A stretch of 64,000 nt of DNA from Eledone cirrhosa (Eukaryota): contig CAXHJY010000705.1 of NCBI GenBank assembly GCA_964016885.1, forward strand, positions 18,731 through 82,730, read 5' to 3'. The translations under genes and the position numbers were made by a program. Below are positions 14,040 through 28,340 of this stretch, one piece after another. Numbering within the stretch: the stretch's first letter is position 1; each line of letters opens with the position of its first letter. The notes beneath the pieces were generated by a model. That model saw only the letters and a list, made by a program, of their open reading frames with translations. It was not told where the DNA came from and did no database searches.

Positions 14040-16020
14040 ATCATCATCCGGCGGCCTCAGCCGAAAACAACTCAACAACTGATCTCCACGTGGGTTTGTC
14101 GTTCATTGCCGTTGCTAGGTCCTGGCTTTCAATACCAGCATCTCTGGAGATGACATTGGGGTAGGAGAGCTTGCGCCCCCTTTTATTAATGACTGCTTGT
14201 GGTTTTTCTAAAGCACTAATGGGGACACAGCTTCATAGGTGGCACGTTGGCAGTGGACAACAAATCGAGATAGGAAAGCTTGCTGCCTTGTTATTAGTGA
14301 CTGCTTGTGGTTTCTAAAGCATTAATGCGGGCACAGCTTCATAGGTGGCACGATGGCAGTGGACAACAAATCGGGATAGGAAAGCTTGCTGCCATGTTAT
14401 TAGTGACTGCTTGTGGTTTCTAAAGCATTAATGGGGGCACAACCTCATAGGTGGCACGTTGGCAGTGGACAACAAATCGAGATAGGAAAGCTTACTCCCC
14501 TGTTATTAGAGATTGCTTGTGGTTTCTAAAGCACTAATGGGGGCACAGCCTCATAGGTGGCACGTTGGCAGTGGACAACAAATCGGGATAGGAGAACTTG
14601 CACCCCCTGTTATTAGTGACTGCTTGTGGTTTCTAAAGCATTAATGGGGACACAGCTTCATAGGTGGCACGATGGCAGTGGACAACAAATCGGGATAGGA
14701 AAGCTTGCTGCCATGTTATTAGTGACTGCTTGTGGTTTCTAAAGCATTAATGGGGGCACAACCTCATAGGTGGCACGTTGGCAGTGGACAACAAATCGAG
14801 ATAGGAAAGCTTACTCCCCTGTTATTAGAGATTGCTTGTGGTTTCTAAAGCACTAATGGGGGCACAGCATCATAGGTGGCACGTTGGAAGTGGACAACAA
14901 ATCGGGATAGGAGAGCTTGCACCCCCTGTTATTAGTGACTGCTTGTGGTTTCTAAAGCATTAATGGGGACACAGCTTCATAGGTGGCACGATGGCAGTGG
15001 ACAACAAATCGAGATAGGAAAGCTTGCACCCCCTGTTATTAGAGATTGCTTGTGGTTTCTAAAGCACTAATGGGGGCACAACCTCATAGGTGGCACGTTG
15101 GCAGTGGACAACAAATCGGGATAGGAAAGCTTGCACCCCCTGTTATTAGAGATTGCTTGTGGTTTCTAAAGCACTAATGGGGGCACAACCTTATAGGTGG
15201 CACGTTGGCAGTGGACAACAAATCGAGATAGGAAAGCTTACTCCCCTGTTATTAGAGATTGCTTGTGGTTTCTAAAGCATTAATGGGGGCACAGCATCAT
15301 AGGTGGCACGTTGGCAGTGGACAACAAATCGAGATAGGAAAGCTTACTCCCCTGTTATTAGAGATTGCTTGTGGTTTCTAAAGCACTAATGGGGGCACAG
15401 CATCATAGGTGGCACGTTGGCAGTGGACAACAAATCGGGATAGGAGAGCTTGCACCCCCTGTTATTAGTGACTGCTTGTGGTTTCTAAAGCACTAATGGG
15501 GACACAGCTTCATAGGTGGCACGATGACAGTGAACAACAAATCGGGATAGGAGAGCTTGCACCCCCTGTTATTAGTGACTGCTTGTGGTTTCTAAAGCAC
15601 TAATGGGGGCACAGCATCATAGGTGGCACGTTGGCAGTGGACAACAAATCGAGATAGGAAAGCTTACTCCCCTGTTATTAGAGATTGCTTGTAGTTTCTA
15701 AAGCACTAATGGGGGCACAGCATCATAGGTGGCACGTTGGCAGTGGACAACAAATCGGGATAGGAGAGCTTGCACCCCCTGTTATTAGTGACTGCTTGTG
15801 GTTTCTAAAGCACTAATGTGGAGACAGCCTCATAGGTGGCACGTTGGCAGTGGACAACAAATCTTACTCTCCTTTTACGTACAAAAATAGATATGCGTAG
15901 GAGGCAGGCATATATCTCCCTCTCAAATTCAGATGTCACCAGCTTATATTCTGAATGGTGTTGAAGCAGGCGAGCGCAAGTGCCATCAAAATGAATGACA
16001 GGATCTAGAACAGATACATT
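14040..16020 (-). mobile_element. RTE-clade LINE 3' remnant with (TGA)n tail and internal tandem amplification
   Basis: Minus strand reads, across frameshifts, DGTCARLL..IQNISW*H..EIYACLLRISIFVRKRRVRFVVHCQRA..[repeats]..KLSYPNVISRDAGIESQDLATAMNDKPTWRSVV..*, then (TGA)n. These are typical RTE post-RT motifs. Confidence 0.8.
14160..15862. repeat. 106-bp tandem repeat, ~16 copies
   Basis: GTGGACAACAAATC recurs at 14253, 14359, 14465, 14571 ... 15850. Confidence 0.95.
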
Positions 16021-16224
16021 TATACGATACTTGAGAACGCCATCATGTGAGAGGCACATATCCAATAATTTGGATCAATTATATACGTGCTCTTGACTGG
16101 TTTCTCGCTCCTTGATGGTGAGATATATAAAGCTTATAATTAAATCAAATATACGTACCCCAATGTAAGGTATATGTATGTGTATATATATATATATGTG
16201 TGTGTGTGTGAGTGTGTGTGCATG

Positions 16225-16262
<38 letters not shown>

Positions 16263-16608
16263 TGTATATAAATATATATATATACATTTATATATACATA
16301 TATATATATATGTGTGTGTGTGTGTATATATATACATGTATATAAATATGTATATATACATATATATATACATATATATATATATATATTCTTTTACTCT
16401 TATACCTGTTCCACCCATCCATATATATTATATATATGTATGTGTGTACATTTATATTATGCGTATAAATATGTGTGTGTGTATACATATATATATATGT
16501 ATATATAAATATATATATATGTGTATATATATGAATATAATTACATATATATATATTTATATATACATATATATATATATATATTTATATACACACACAT
16601 ATAATATA

Positions 16609-16666
<58 letters not shown>

Positions 16667-16899
16667 AGAAATTGCTTTTAAATTCAATTACATTTGACAT
16701 TTCATAAAACCTTATAAACATTTAACATATCTACAGTATATGTTCAAATATAAGTCGACCTCACAAGGATATGATTGAAAATATGCAACGTAGAGTTCGA
16801 AGCTCGTGTAAAATCGTCAAAATATTGACCCCGAATATATATCATATATATATATATATATCAATGATATTAATTGTTTCTATTTTTCTATTTTCTATT

Positions 16900-16993
16900 G
16901 TTTCTATTTTTGGCACAAGGCCAGCAATTATCCAGTGCATTACTGGTACTTTATTTTATCGACCCCGTAAGGATGAGAGGCAAAGTAAACCTC
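16900..16993 (-). mobile_element. SINE 3' half
   Basis: GGCACAAGGCCAGCAATT..TTTTATCGACCCCGTAAGGATGA. Confidence 0.8.
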
Positions 16994-17026
16994 TAAATGG
17001 AAACTATATATATAAAACCATATTTA

Positions 17027-17083
17027 TTCTATTATATACATTTCAAGGGTACCAAAACTTTTATACGCCCTCATCAGATAAAA
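17027..17083 (-). ncRNA. Minimal type-I hammerhead ribozyme motif (slightly degenerate)
   Basis: Minus strand: ttttat-CTGATGA-gggcgta..tacccTT-GAAA-tgtata-TA-atagaa; the stem I strands pair. Confidence 0.6.
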
Positions 17084-17187
17084 TACAGAGCTTGTTTTAT
17101 AAATATTGACATATCGAGGAATGACACCTTAACGGTCCAAGTTTTACCTGGATAGTTACCTATATATATATATTATATATATATATG

Positions 17188-17528
<341 letters not shown>

Positions 17529-17965
17529 TGAGAGAGTGTATGAGATAGATAGATAGATATATACATACAGGGTTAGATATTATTTTCATATTCAAACTAA
17601 AATATTCTTTTAACACATTTCATTTTAGACAAGAAATACAAATTATTAACTGTGAACATTTGATGAATGCATCTGTTTAATGTTACGGGGAATAAATACT
17701 TCTAAAATAAATCAAATCAGACAATGGGTAGTGTAGACCGGCAAGAAATAGCAGGCAGAATTTCCTCAAATCATATTCAAACCTAATCTTGACTCTTTTG
17801 TCAGGAAGGAAAGGGTAGAATTTGTAGTATTTCCAGGGCCTCCAAGACTGATATGAAGGAGGGAGAGTGCGGCAATCTTAAACAAGGGATATTGCCCTAA
17901 TTCTTGCCAGGTGTTGGTGTTAAAGCGAGCGGCAGATTAAATCTGCTCCGCGGACATTATGTCTA

Positions 17966-18142
17966 TTGGCAGTATCAGTAGAGGGTTGGACGCCATGCTT
18001 TCTAGCATAGTTACAACCCTTTACAGTCTGAGTTCAAATCCCGCCGAGGTTAATTTTGCCTTTCATACTTACGGGTTCGATAAAATAAAGTACCAGTAAT
18101 GCACTGGGTAATAGCTGGCCTTGTGCCTAACGTAGAAACAAT
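17966..18142 (+). mobile_element. SINE copy
   Basis: GAGTTCAAATCCCGCCGAGG B-box and Nin-like core. Confidence 0.85.
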
Positions 18143-18287
18143 TAAGTCTATTATCCAAAGGGTGGTGAATTGGCAGTATTAGTAGAGGGTCGTAGTTATA
18201 TGTATATATATATATGTATATAAATATATATATACATATATGTATATAAATATATATATACATATATATATATATATACATATAAAT

Positions 18288-18350
<63 letters not shown>

Positions 18351-18394
18351 TATATAAATATATATAGAGAGATATATATATAAATATATATAAA

Positions 18395-18443
<49 letters not shown>

Positions 18444-18542
18444 CAATATCGGAGAAAGCTTTTTCGCGATACTCCGGCCAAATTCCAACTCAATCAACAA
18501 ATATATATATATATATATAAATATAAATATATATGTATATAA

Positions 18543-18573
<31 letters not shown>

Positions 18574-19032
18574 AATATTAATATATATGTTTATAAATAT
18601 ATACATATATATATAAATATTAATATATATATATATGTATATAAATATATATATACATATATTTATAAATATTAATATATATATATATATATGTATATAA
18701 ATATATATATACATATAAATATATAAATATATATATACATATATATATAAATATATAAATGTATATATAAATATATAAATGTATATATACATATATATAT
18801 AAATATATAAATATATATATATACATATATATATAAATATATAAATGTATATATACATATATATATAAATATATAAATGTATATATACATATATATATAA
18901 ATATATAAATGTATATATACATATATATATAAATATATATATACATATTGTTATACTTTGGGAGGGTCATGTTGCCAATAAGAAACACACGATTTCAGAT
19001 AAAGAACCTTGCTAAACAAATTCAGAAACGAA

Positions 19033-19080
<48 letters not shown>

Positions 19081-19102
19081 GTATATATACATATATATAT
19101 GA

Positions 19103-19151
<49 letters not shown>

Positions 19152-19152
19152 A

Positions 19153-19213
<61 letters not shown>

Positions 19214-19244
19214 TATATATATCTATATATATATATATATATAA

Positions 19245-19600
19245 CCAAAAATTTAAACAAGGTTCATTGATTAATCAATGAATATAGTTTTACAATAGAT
19301 TAGAAGCACTCAACTGTTATTTTCTGGAGGTATTAATATTAATTGAAATTATTTATAAATATAGACATTCACGTAATCAAAATATATTTTATTATAGATA
19401 TTTCGGAGGTACTGTGCTGTTTTTTACTGCCAAGACTGGAATTGACCATCAGCACAGTTGAGGTATGTCATACATCACTTTATATATTTTATCTGATGAG
19501 GACGTACTGAGAAAACAATACAGTACGTCCGAAATATATATAATAAAATATATTTTGATTACGTAAATGTCTATATTTATTAATATTTTGAATTAATATT
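19245..19600. mobile_element. PLE-like fold-back element in (TA)n
   Basis: Inverted arms ~19333-19414 / 19521-19600; hammerhead in the right arm; tail hairpin at 19306. Confidence 0.7.
19482..19553 (+). ncRNA. Minimal type-I hammerhead ribozyme
   Basis: atatattttat-CTGATGA-ggacgtactg(11 nt loop)cagtacgtcc-GAAA-tatata-TA-ataaaatatat: perfect 11-bp stem I, 10-bp stem II, palindromic stem III. Confidence 0.88.
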
Positions 19601-20189
19601 ATATATATATATATACATTATATATATATATATAAATATGTATATATATATATATATTCACACACACACACACACCAACACAGACCCGCCCCCCATATAT
19701 ATATATAATATATACATGTATTTGATCAACTATCTGTGTAATCATCAACATCAACTTCAACAACAATGATAATAACATCAGAAATAATAGACACAATAAT
19801 ATTAAAAACAACACAACCAATAATAATAGTAATAATAGTAATAATAATTTAAATAATAATACAAGTATTTTTTTGTTTTAATAATATAATTGTTCAAAAA
19901 TTGTACAACTCAAAAATAAAATAATTTAAAATATAAATGTATAGATGATAAAAATCAATATATCGACTAGAAAGAAAAATCAGGTTAATGATTAAATTTT
20001 ATTTTATTTCATTTCATTTTTATCTTTAAATATGTTTTTTTGTTATATTTGGATTACGTTATTATTTGAAGTTTTGCAAACTTCTGTGAATGATATTGGA
20101 ATTGCAATGAAAATCAGAATTTCTAATTAAAAAAAGCTACTGAACAACTTTCCATATGAAATACGTAGAATGAATTGACAATGAACTAC

Positions 20190-20686
20190 TGATGCTGGTG
20201 GTGGTGGTGGTGTTGGTGGTGATGGTGTTGGTGGTGATCTCTGGTCGTGGTGTTGGTCGTGGTGGTGATGCTGGTGTTGTTCGTGGTGCTGGTGCTGGTG
20301 GTGATGGTGGTGTTGGTGATTTTTGGTGGTGGTGGTTGTGGTGGTGGTGATCTCTGGTGGTGGTGGTGGTGGTAGAGGTGGTGGTGGTGGTGGTGATGCT
20401 GGTGTTGGTCGTGGTTGTGGTGGTGCTGGTGGTGGTGGTGTTGGTGGTGATGGTGGTGATCTCTGGTGGTGGTGGTTGTGGTGTTGGTGGTGATGCTGGT
20501 GTTGGTCGTGGTGGTGGTGGTGGTGGTGGTGGTGGTGATGCTGCTAATATTACTACTGCTGCTGCTGTTGGTGGTGGTGATGATGGTGATGGTGATGGTG
20601 GTCATGGTGGTGGAGGGGATCTTTGGTGGTGGTGGTTGTGGTGTTGGTCGTGGTGGTGGTGGTGGTGGTGGTGATGCTGGTGTTGG

Positions 20687-20717
<31 letters not shown>

Positions 20718-21335
20718 GCTGGTGGTGAGGGTGGTGGTGGTGATGGTGGTGGTAGTGGTGGTGGTGGTGGTGGTGATGCTGGTGTTGGTCGTGGTGGTGG
20801 TGCTGGTGCTGGTGGTGATGGTGGTGATGGTGGTGGTAGTGGTGGTGACGGTGGTGGTGGTGTTGGTAGTGATGCTGCTGCTAATATTACTACTGCTGCC
20901 GGTGGTGGTGGTGATGATGGTGGTGGTGATGCTGGTGGTGGTGGTGGTGATGGTGGTGCTGGTGGTGTTGGTGGTGATGCTGCTGCTAATATCACTACTG
21001 CTGCTGGCGGCGGTGGTGGTGGTGGTGGTGGTGGTGGTGATGCTGGTGATCCTGGTGGTGGTGATTATGCTACGATTACTACTGTTGCTGTTGCTGGTGG
21101 TGGTGGTGGTGATGCTGGTGGTGATGGTGGTGATGGTGATGCTGGTGGTGATGGTGATGCTGGTGGTGGTGATGGTGCTGCTAATATTACTACTGTTGCT
21201 GCGGCTACTACTGCTACTACTACTACTTCTGCTGCTGCTGCAGCTACGTCTACTACTACTGCTATAAGAACTACTACTACTACCACTACTACTACTACTA
21301 CGACTAATACTACTATTACCACCACCACTAATGCT

Positions 21336-21387
<52 letters not shown>

Positions 21388-21401
21388 CAGTACTGCTGCT
21401 G

Positions 21402-21452
<51 letters not shown>

Positions 21453-21485
21453 GTACTACTACTACAAGTACTACTACTACTACTA
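20190..21485. repeat. (GGT/GAT)n grading into (CTA)n low-complexity tract
   Basis: Direct inspection. Confidence 0.9.
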
Positions 21486-22459
21486 GATTAATAATAACAG
21501 CAATAAAATCAATCACATTAATTATGAGGATGATACTGATAATATTGAAGATGATTACAATAACAATAATAATGATACAACAACAACAAATATAAAAATT
21601 AGAATAAATCTAAAAACAAACCAACAAACATTAACACACACAGTCACACACACATAGTCACACACATAGACACACATACAGTTACTCACACATATAGACA
21701 CACACACAGTCACAGATAAACATTCACACACGCATTGACACTCACACACACACACACACACATACGCACACACAGTCACACACACACGAAAATTAAACAA
21801 TTAACAAAGGATTTTTTATAAATAATTAACAATAACAAATAAACTAAAATACACTAAAATAAAATAAAATAAAATAAAATAAACTAAAATATAATAAAAT
21901 AAAATAATAGAAAATAGAAAATAAACTAAAATATTACAAAATAATAGAAAATAATAGAAAATAATATAAAGTAATATAAAATAATATAAATTAAACTAAA
22001 ATAATATAAAATAATATAAAATAATGTAAAATAATATAAAATAATAGAAAATAATATAAAGTAATATAAAATAATATAAAATAAACTAAAATATTATAAA
22101 ATAATCTAAAGTAATATAAACTAATATAAAATAATATAAAATACAATATAATAGATATATAGAAATAACAACAAAAATGTAATATTTACTTTTCTAGTAT
22201 CTTAATCAGGTAAAATAAATAAAAACAGCAAAAAATAAGTTAAATTACTAAATATTTTGATAAAATAACGTAAAATATATATAAATATAAACAATAAAAT
22301 TAATTAAATTTTCTTTATTACTATTTTTTTTTTGTCATTACATTAATTTTATTCTGTTTTGTTTTGTTTTGTTTTTGTTTCGTTTTGTTTTGTTTTGTGA
22401 TGTTTTGTTTTATGTTCATTTATTTGTTATGTTCATTGTCGTTCTTGAATGGCGTCACT

Positions 22460-23665
22460 AATATCATCATCATCATCATCATCGTCGTCATCATTATCAT
22501 CATCATCGTCATCATCGTTATCGTCATCAACATCATTATCATCATCATCATTATCATCTTTATCATCATCATCATCATCATCATTAAGTTCGTTGTCATC
22601 ACGATCATCATCATCCTCATCATAAACGACATGATCATGATCATCATTTTATCACCATCATTGTCATCATCACCATCACCATCATCATCACCTTCACCAT
22701 TATCACCATCAATCATCATCATCATCATCATCATTGCCATTACCATAATCATCACCATCATCACCACCATCACTACTATCACCATCATCGTCGCCAGCAT
22801 CATCATCCTCATCATTACCACCAGCATCACCACTATCATCCCCATCACCATTATCATCTTCATTGTCACTCTCACAATCACCATCACAACCACCACCACT
22901 ACATCACCACCACTACATCACCATCACCACCACCACCACTACATCACCACCACTACATCACCATCACCACCACCACCACTACATCACCACCACTACATCA
23001 CCATCACCACCACCACCACTACATCACCACCACTACATCACCATCACCACCACCACTACATCACCATCACCACCATCACCACTACACCACCACCACTACA
23101 TCACCACCACCACCACCACCACCACCACCACCACCACCACTACATCATCACCACCACCACCACCACATCACCATCACCATCCCCACCACCACTACATCAC
23201 CACCACCACCACCCCTTTGAACTTTATTACAAATAATTACTACCACAAACAAATAGTGGACAAGTGAATTATCAATAGAAGTATTTGTTTCATTTAGATG
23301 ATGATGATGATGATGATGATGGTGATGGTGATGATGGTGATGATGGTGGTGATGATGATTGTGATGATGAGGATGGTGATGATGGTGATGATCATCATTA
23401 CCACCATCATATCAGCATCATCACCATCACCATCATCATCATATCATCACCAGTATCATATCACCATCAGCTCATCATCCTCATCACCACCATCATATCA
23501 TCATCATCATCACCATCATCGTATCATCACCAGTATCATATCACCATCAGCCCATCATCCTCATCACCTTTATCATATCATCATCATCACCATCATCACC
23601 ATTATCATCTGTTCCACAGAATCTTTCTCATCATCACCATCATCATCATCACTATCACAATCATC
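22460..23665. repeat. (CAT/CAC)n low-complexity tract
   Basis: Direct inspection. Confidence 0.9.
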
Positions 23666-23737
23666 TTTTGCCGCACATCTGTTGCTGTTTTTATTTCATT
23701 TCTCCGACCGGTAATATTAACTAAATATAATAATAAT

Positions 23738-24480
23738 AATTGTTTATACTTTTGGCACATGGCCAGCAATTAACCCAGTGCATTACTGGTACTTTATTTT
23801 ATCGAACCCGTAAGGATGAAAGGCAAAGTTAACCTCGGCGGGATTTGAACTCAGTCCGTATAGGGAGGTAACTCTATGCTTCAAAGCATGGCGCCCGACC
23901 CTCTACCGAAACTGCCAAATAATAATAATTTCTAATTTAGCCACTAGGCCAGCAAATATCCCAGTACATTACTGGTACTTTATTTTATCGACCCCGTAAG
24001 GATGAAAGGCAAAGTTAACCTGACGGAATTTGACTTCAGAACGTAAAGGGTTATGGTTAGGGTTAGAGTTAGGTTTGGTAATAATAATAATAATAATATG
24101 GATTTCTGCTTTAGGCACAAGGCCAGCAATTTTGGTGGAGGGGGAAAGTCGATTAGATCAGTCCCAGTGCGGGATTGGTACTTTATTTTATCAACGTAAG
24201 GATGAAAGGCAAAGTAAAGCTCGGCGGGATTTGAACTGAGACCGTAAAGGGCCGTAACTCTATGATACAAAGCATGGCGTCCGACACTCTATCGATGTTG
24301 CCAATCCATAATAATTGTTTCTACTTTTGGCACAAGGCTAGCAATAACCCAGTGCATTACTGGTACTTTATTTTATCGACCTGGAAAGGATGAAGGACAA
24401 AGTTAACCTCGGCGGGATTTGAACTTAGAACATAAAGAGGCCTAATTATGCTGAAAAGCATGTCCTCCGACTCTAATGAT
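23738..24480 (-). mobile_element. Four head-to-tail SINE copies
   Basis: Copies at ~23738-23918, 23926-24050, 24101-24308 and 24312-24480, separated by (AAT)n. Confidence 0.85.
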
Positions 24481-24534
24481 TTCTAATTTGGGCAAAAGAA
24501 ATGGAATTCCTACGGTGGGTTTTTGAGGTAACAT

Positions 24535-25790
24535 TACTCGGAGATCAGAGAGTCACTTCAGATAGAGTCGCTACTTTTCTGAATGGAGGGATCACAACCC
24601 CAATATTATGGACATGTGTTTAGAATATCTCAGGAAATAATCTCTGGACAGATTTGTAGCTCGGAGATCAGAGAGTCACTCCAGGTAGAGCTGCTACTTC
24701 TTCTAATTGAGAGATCACAGCTATGGACATGTGTTTAGAATATCCCAGGAAATAATTTCTGGTGAGATTTGTAGCTTTGAGATTGGAGAGTCACTCCAGG
24801 TAGAGCCGCTATCTCTCCCAATTGAGAGATTACAGCTCCGCCACTATACACATGTGGTTAGAATATCCCAGGAAAGAATCTCTGGACAGATTTGTAGCTT
24901 GAAGATCAGAGAGTCACTCCTGGTAGAGCTGCTACTTCTCACAATTGAGAGATCACAGCTCCGATACTATGGACATGTGGTTAGAATATCCCAGGAACGA
25001 ATCTCTGGACAGATTTGTAGCAAGAAGATCAGAGAGTCACTCCTGGTAGAGCTGCTACTTCTCCCAATTGAGAGATCACAGCTCCGATACTATGGACATG
25101 TGGTTATAATATCCCAGGAAAGGATCTCTGGACAGATTTGTAGCAAGAAGATCAGAGAGTCACTCCTGGTAGAGCTGCTACTTCTCCCAATTGAGAGATC
25201 ACAGCTCCGATACTATGGACATGTGGTTAGAATATCCCAGGAAAGAATCTCTGGACAGATTTGTAGCAAGAAGATCAGAGAGTCACTCCTGGTAGAGCTG
25301 CTACTTCTCCCAATTGAGAGATCACAGCTCTGGTACTATGGGGATGTGATTAGTCACTCCAGGTAGAGCCGCTATTTCTCCCATTCGAGAGATCACAGCT
25401 CTGGTACTATGGGGATGTGGTTAGTCACTCCAGGTAGAGCCGCTACTTCTCCCATTCGAGAGATCACAGATCTGGTACTATGGGAATGTGGTTAGTCACT
25501 CCAGGTAGAGCCGCTACTTCTCCCATTCGAGAGATCACAGCTCTGGTACTATGGGGAATGTGGTTAGAATGTCTCATGAATGATTCACTGGACATATTTT
25601 TACGGGCAAAACCAGCCAGCAGGAGACTTAGGGGTAGATCTCCGATAAAAATGTTTCGATAACATCCATGAGCTTGGCTGGTCACGCTTGGGGATCTATT
25701 CGGATCAGCTGGAGACGGTTGCTTCTGCCAGGATCTGATGGAATGAGTGATTGAGGACGGCCTCCAGGATCCTCTCAGAAATATGAGGGC
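24535..25790 (+). mobile_element. RTE-clade LINE 3' remnant with tandemly amplified coding segment
   Basis: Repeated LLLPIERSQLRYYGHVVRISQER (RTE 'IERSQLRW.GH' motif), followed by KPA.RRLRGRSP and LGI..ELETVA-like degenerate sequence. Confidence 0.75.
24540..25560. repeat. 123-bp tandem repeat (~6.5 copies) followed by ~71-bp sub-repeat (~3-4 copies)
   Basis: 41-aa periodicity in ORF 24707-25366; GAGATCACAGCTCTGGTACTATGGG recurs about every 71 bp after 25318. Confidence 0.9.
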
Positions 25791-25917
25791 GAAGAAAAAG
25801 AAACTATATTTTAACATTTACATCATGTAAGAATCATTTTAACCATTGAAATAACACAAAATCAGTTGAATTAGCTTCACATTTATCAAAAGCCTGCAAC
25901 CAATACAATCGGCCCAT

Positions 25918-26035
25918 TGGCGGAATGGTTACAACATCAGTTAGAATGCTTTGCGTTTAGACTTTCAGCAATCTGGGTTCAAATTCTGCCGAGGTCATCT
26001 TTGTCTTTCATCCATTCGAGGTCTATAAAGGTACT
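25918..26035 (+). mobile_element. Degenerate SINE
   Basis: GGTTCAAATTCTGCCGAGGTC..CTTTCATCCATTCGAGGTC.ATAAA. Confidence 0.6.
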
Positions 26036-27899
26036 ATGGTCGATTCTTTTTGTATATATCTTCCTCATTCCCATTCTGTCACTCTATCATTCTCTGGAAG
26101 AAATCTACTGTATTTACACCTGGAAAGGAGGTGGGTTTCACCAGGTTTAAAGATGCCCTTAAAAAGGTGTATCTCAATACGGCGTCCCTAAGCCTCCCTT
26201 AAAAGTTACGGGTGTTTTAGTAACCGTTAAATATATGGTTTAATTGATAAAATGTAGTCCGGTTTCTATATTATTGTTGAAAAAAATTAAGAAATTAATG
26301 AGGATAGTCACCGCTGGAGTGACTTTTATCATAGACTAGGATTTTTTCAACAAACTGACGTGTATGTGTATATTTGAGTGCATGTGTGTATGTGTATATG
26401 TATATATTTATATGTATGGTTATATAAATATAAAAGCGCAAACATATTTACACTTACAAAAATACACACTCACAGTCACATTCACATAAATACACATACA
26501 TTCACCTAAGCACACACAATCATTCACAAAATCACAGACACACATACCTTTAAACAAAAACACGCATACATATGCATGCACACCAATACACACATACACA
26601 CACATACACAACACATACACTAAAATACAGTGAAGCAAACGTAACGCCAGCTTCTGTTTTGCTTTAGCTTTTTCACCACCGCTTCCTTCCTTTTAGACAC
26701 ACATACATTCACTCAAACTCATACACACACACATTGTGTGATGGACGGACGGACGGAATTTGATCAAATTTATATATAGATTGTTTTTATAAAAGGCGAC
26801 CCTGAGGCTAAATGATAATAAATAATATTTACAACCACAGAATTTAATCATGAAATGTGTTTGTAAACGCTAATTTCTGTTGTATTTAGAATTTCAGTAA
26901 AGAAAGTAGACAGAATAGCCCCAGGTGGAGTGAAGGTTATCATAGATCTTCTTGGCCTACGATGGACCTGGGGCTAAATTAAAACAATAACAACAATAAT
27001 ACACACAATACAATCCTCAAGCCATTTCTGTTAGCTTTATTGTTTGCCGTGTTTACCAGATGTTCTGTAAATAGAGATATTTTTGATTTTAGGTTTGCTT
27101 CAATACAGATTTGACTTTGTAAATGTGCCATGAATATTTAATAGGGTTCGTTCTGGTCTGGTGAATGTCCAGGCCTGATCCGAAGACAGAATTTGGCAGA
27201 ATAATGTAGAACATTAGCATTTTTGGTATATTGCCAATTCTGATATAGAGTTAGAACTGGTATGAAACGACAGTTGTCGAGAAATGGACACAAGCATGGT
27301 TGCGGGTTTAAAATAGTTCAATTTAGCACCATGTAAGTCTGGTTTCAATTATACTGCGAGGTATATTGCGTAATTTAGCACCGCCTCACTCTGGGTCACA
27401 AATATAGTGCGAGCTATCTTGGGTAATGTAGCACCACGTGACATTTGGTCTCAAATATATAGTGCGAGATGTATTGGCTAATTTAGCACCACGAGACATT
27501 TGGTCTCAAATATATAGTGCGAGATATATTGGGTAATATAGCACCACGTGACGTGCAAACACAGACACTCTTACAAAAATACACACTTCCAGACATAGAT
27601 ACATTCACACACACATGCACACACATACATTTACACGAACACATACACATATACTTACACACATACATCTTTGCAAATACAACGCAAGCCGCTGTTTTAC
27701 TATATTTGTTTCACCACCCCTTTCCTTTGGTTTATACACACATACATTCACACAAACACACACATTGTGTGACGGACGGAAGTCGCACAGATTTATATAT
27801 AGATTGGGATTGATAATATAAAGTACTACTTATGTAATGGGGTACATATACTCGACTTCCTCTTTCTCCAAATTCCTGATCTTGTTTCTATCCTGTTCT

Positions 27900-28340
27900 T
27901 GTGACGCTAAACTCCGCAAGTTGCAGACAGCGCATCAACATGAAATATTTTTCTCCACAAAGTTCGATCACCAGCAGCAGAGTTTAAAGAGCAAAGATCC
28001 ATAAGTTGACATTGTGAAGCCATCGTTTTGAATGCCGGCCTCTGCTTCTCTTACCAGCCAACCTTCCTTCCAGGCGTAACCTACTCACTCCACGCGTTGA
28101 TCTTTTTATATGATCATATTGTTTGAGTACTTCTCACTCGACAATTTATGTAATTGGTCTAAGCTTGGTAATGTTGAGCAGCTCACTGATACGGATACGG
28201 TCGCTGAACCGCTTGCCAGTCATATGTCTCATGATGTGGTTCTGGAATATAGAGAGCTTCTGAAGAGACAGAGACCTTCTCGTCCAATTAACACAGTCAA
28301 GACCATATAACACAACTGGTAGGATGTAAGTATCAAAGAT
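27900..28340 (-). mobile_element. RTE-clade LINE RT C-terminal fragment (pseudogenised)
   Basis: Minus strand ILPVVLYGLDCVNWTRR..QKLSIFQNHIMRHMTGKRFSDRIRISELLNITKLRPI resembles the RTE 'LLYG.E.W..F....R.I....DRI...ELL' region. Confidence 0.65.

Noticed and set aside
15867-16004. Apparent minus-strand exon (AG..GTAAG) encoding hydrophobic ILSFILMALALAC
   Set aside because: Better explained as frameshifted RTE LINE sequence.
24047-24078. TTAGGG-like interstitial telomeric repeat
   Set aside because: Only about 5 degenerate units; uninformative.
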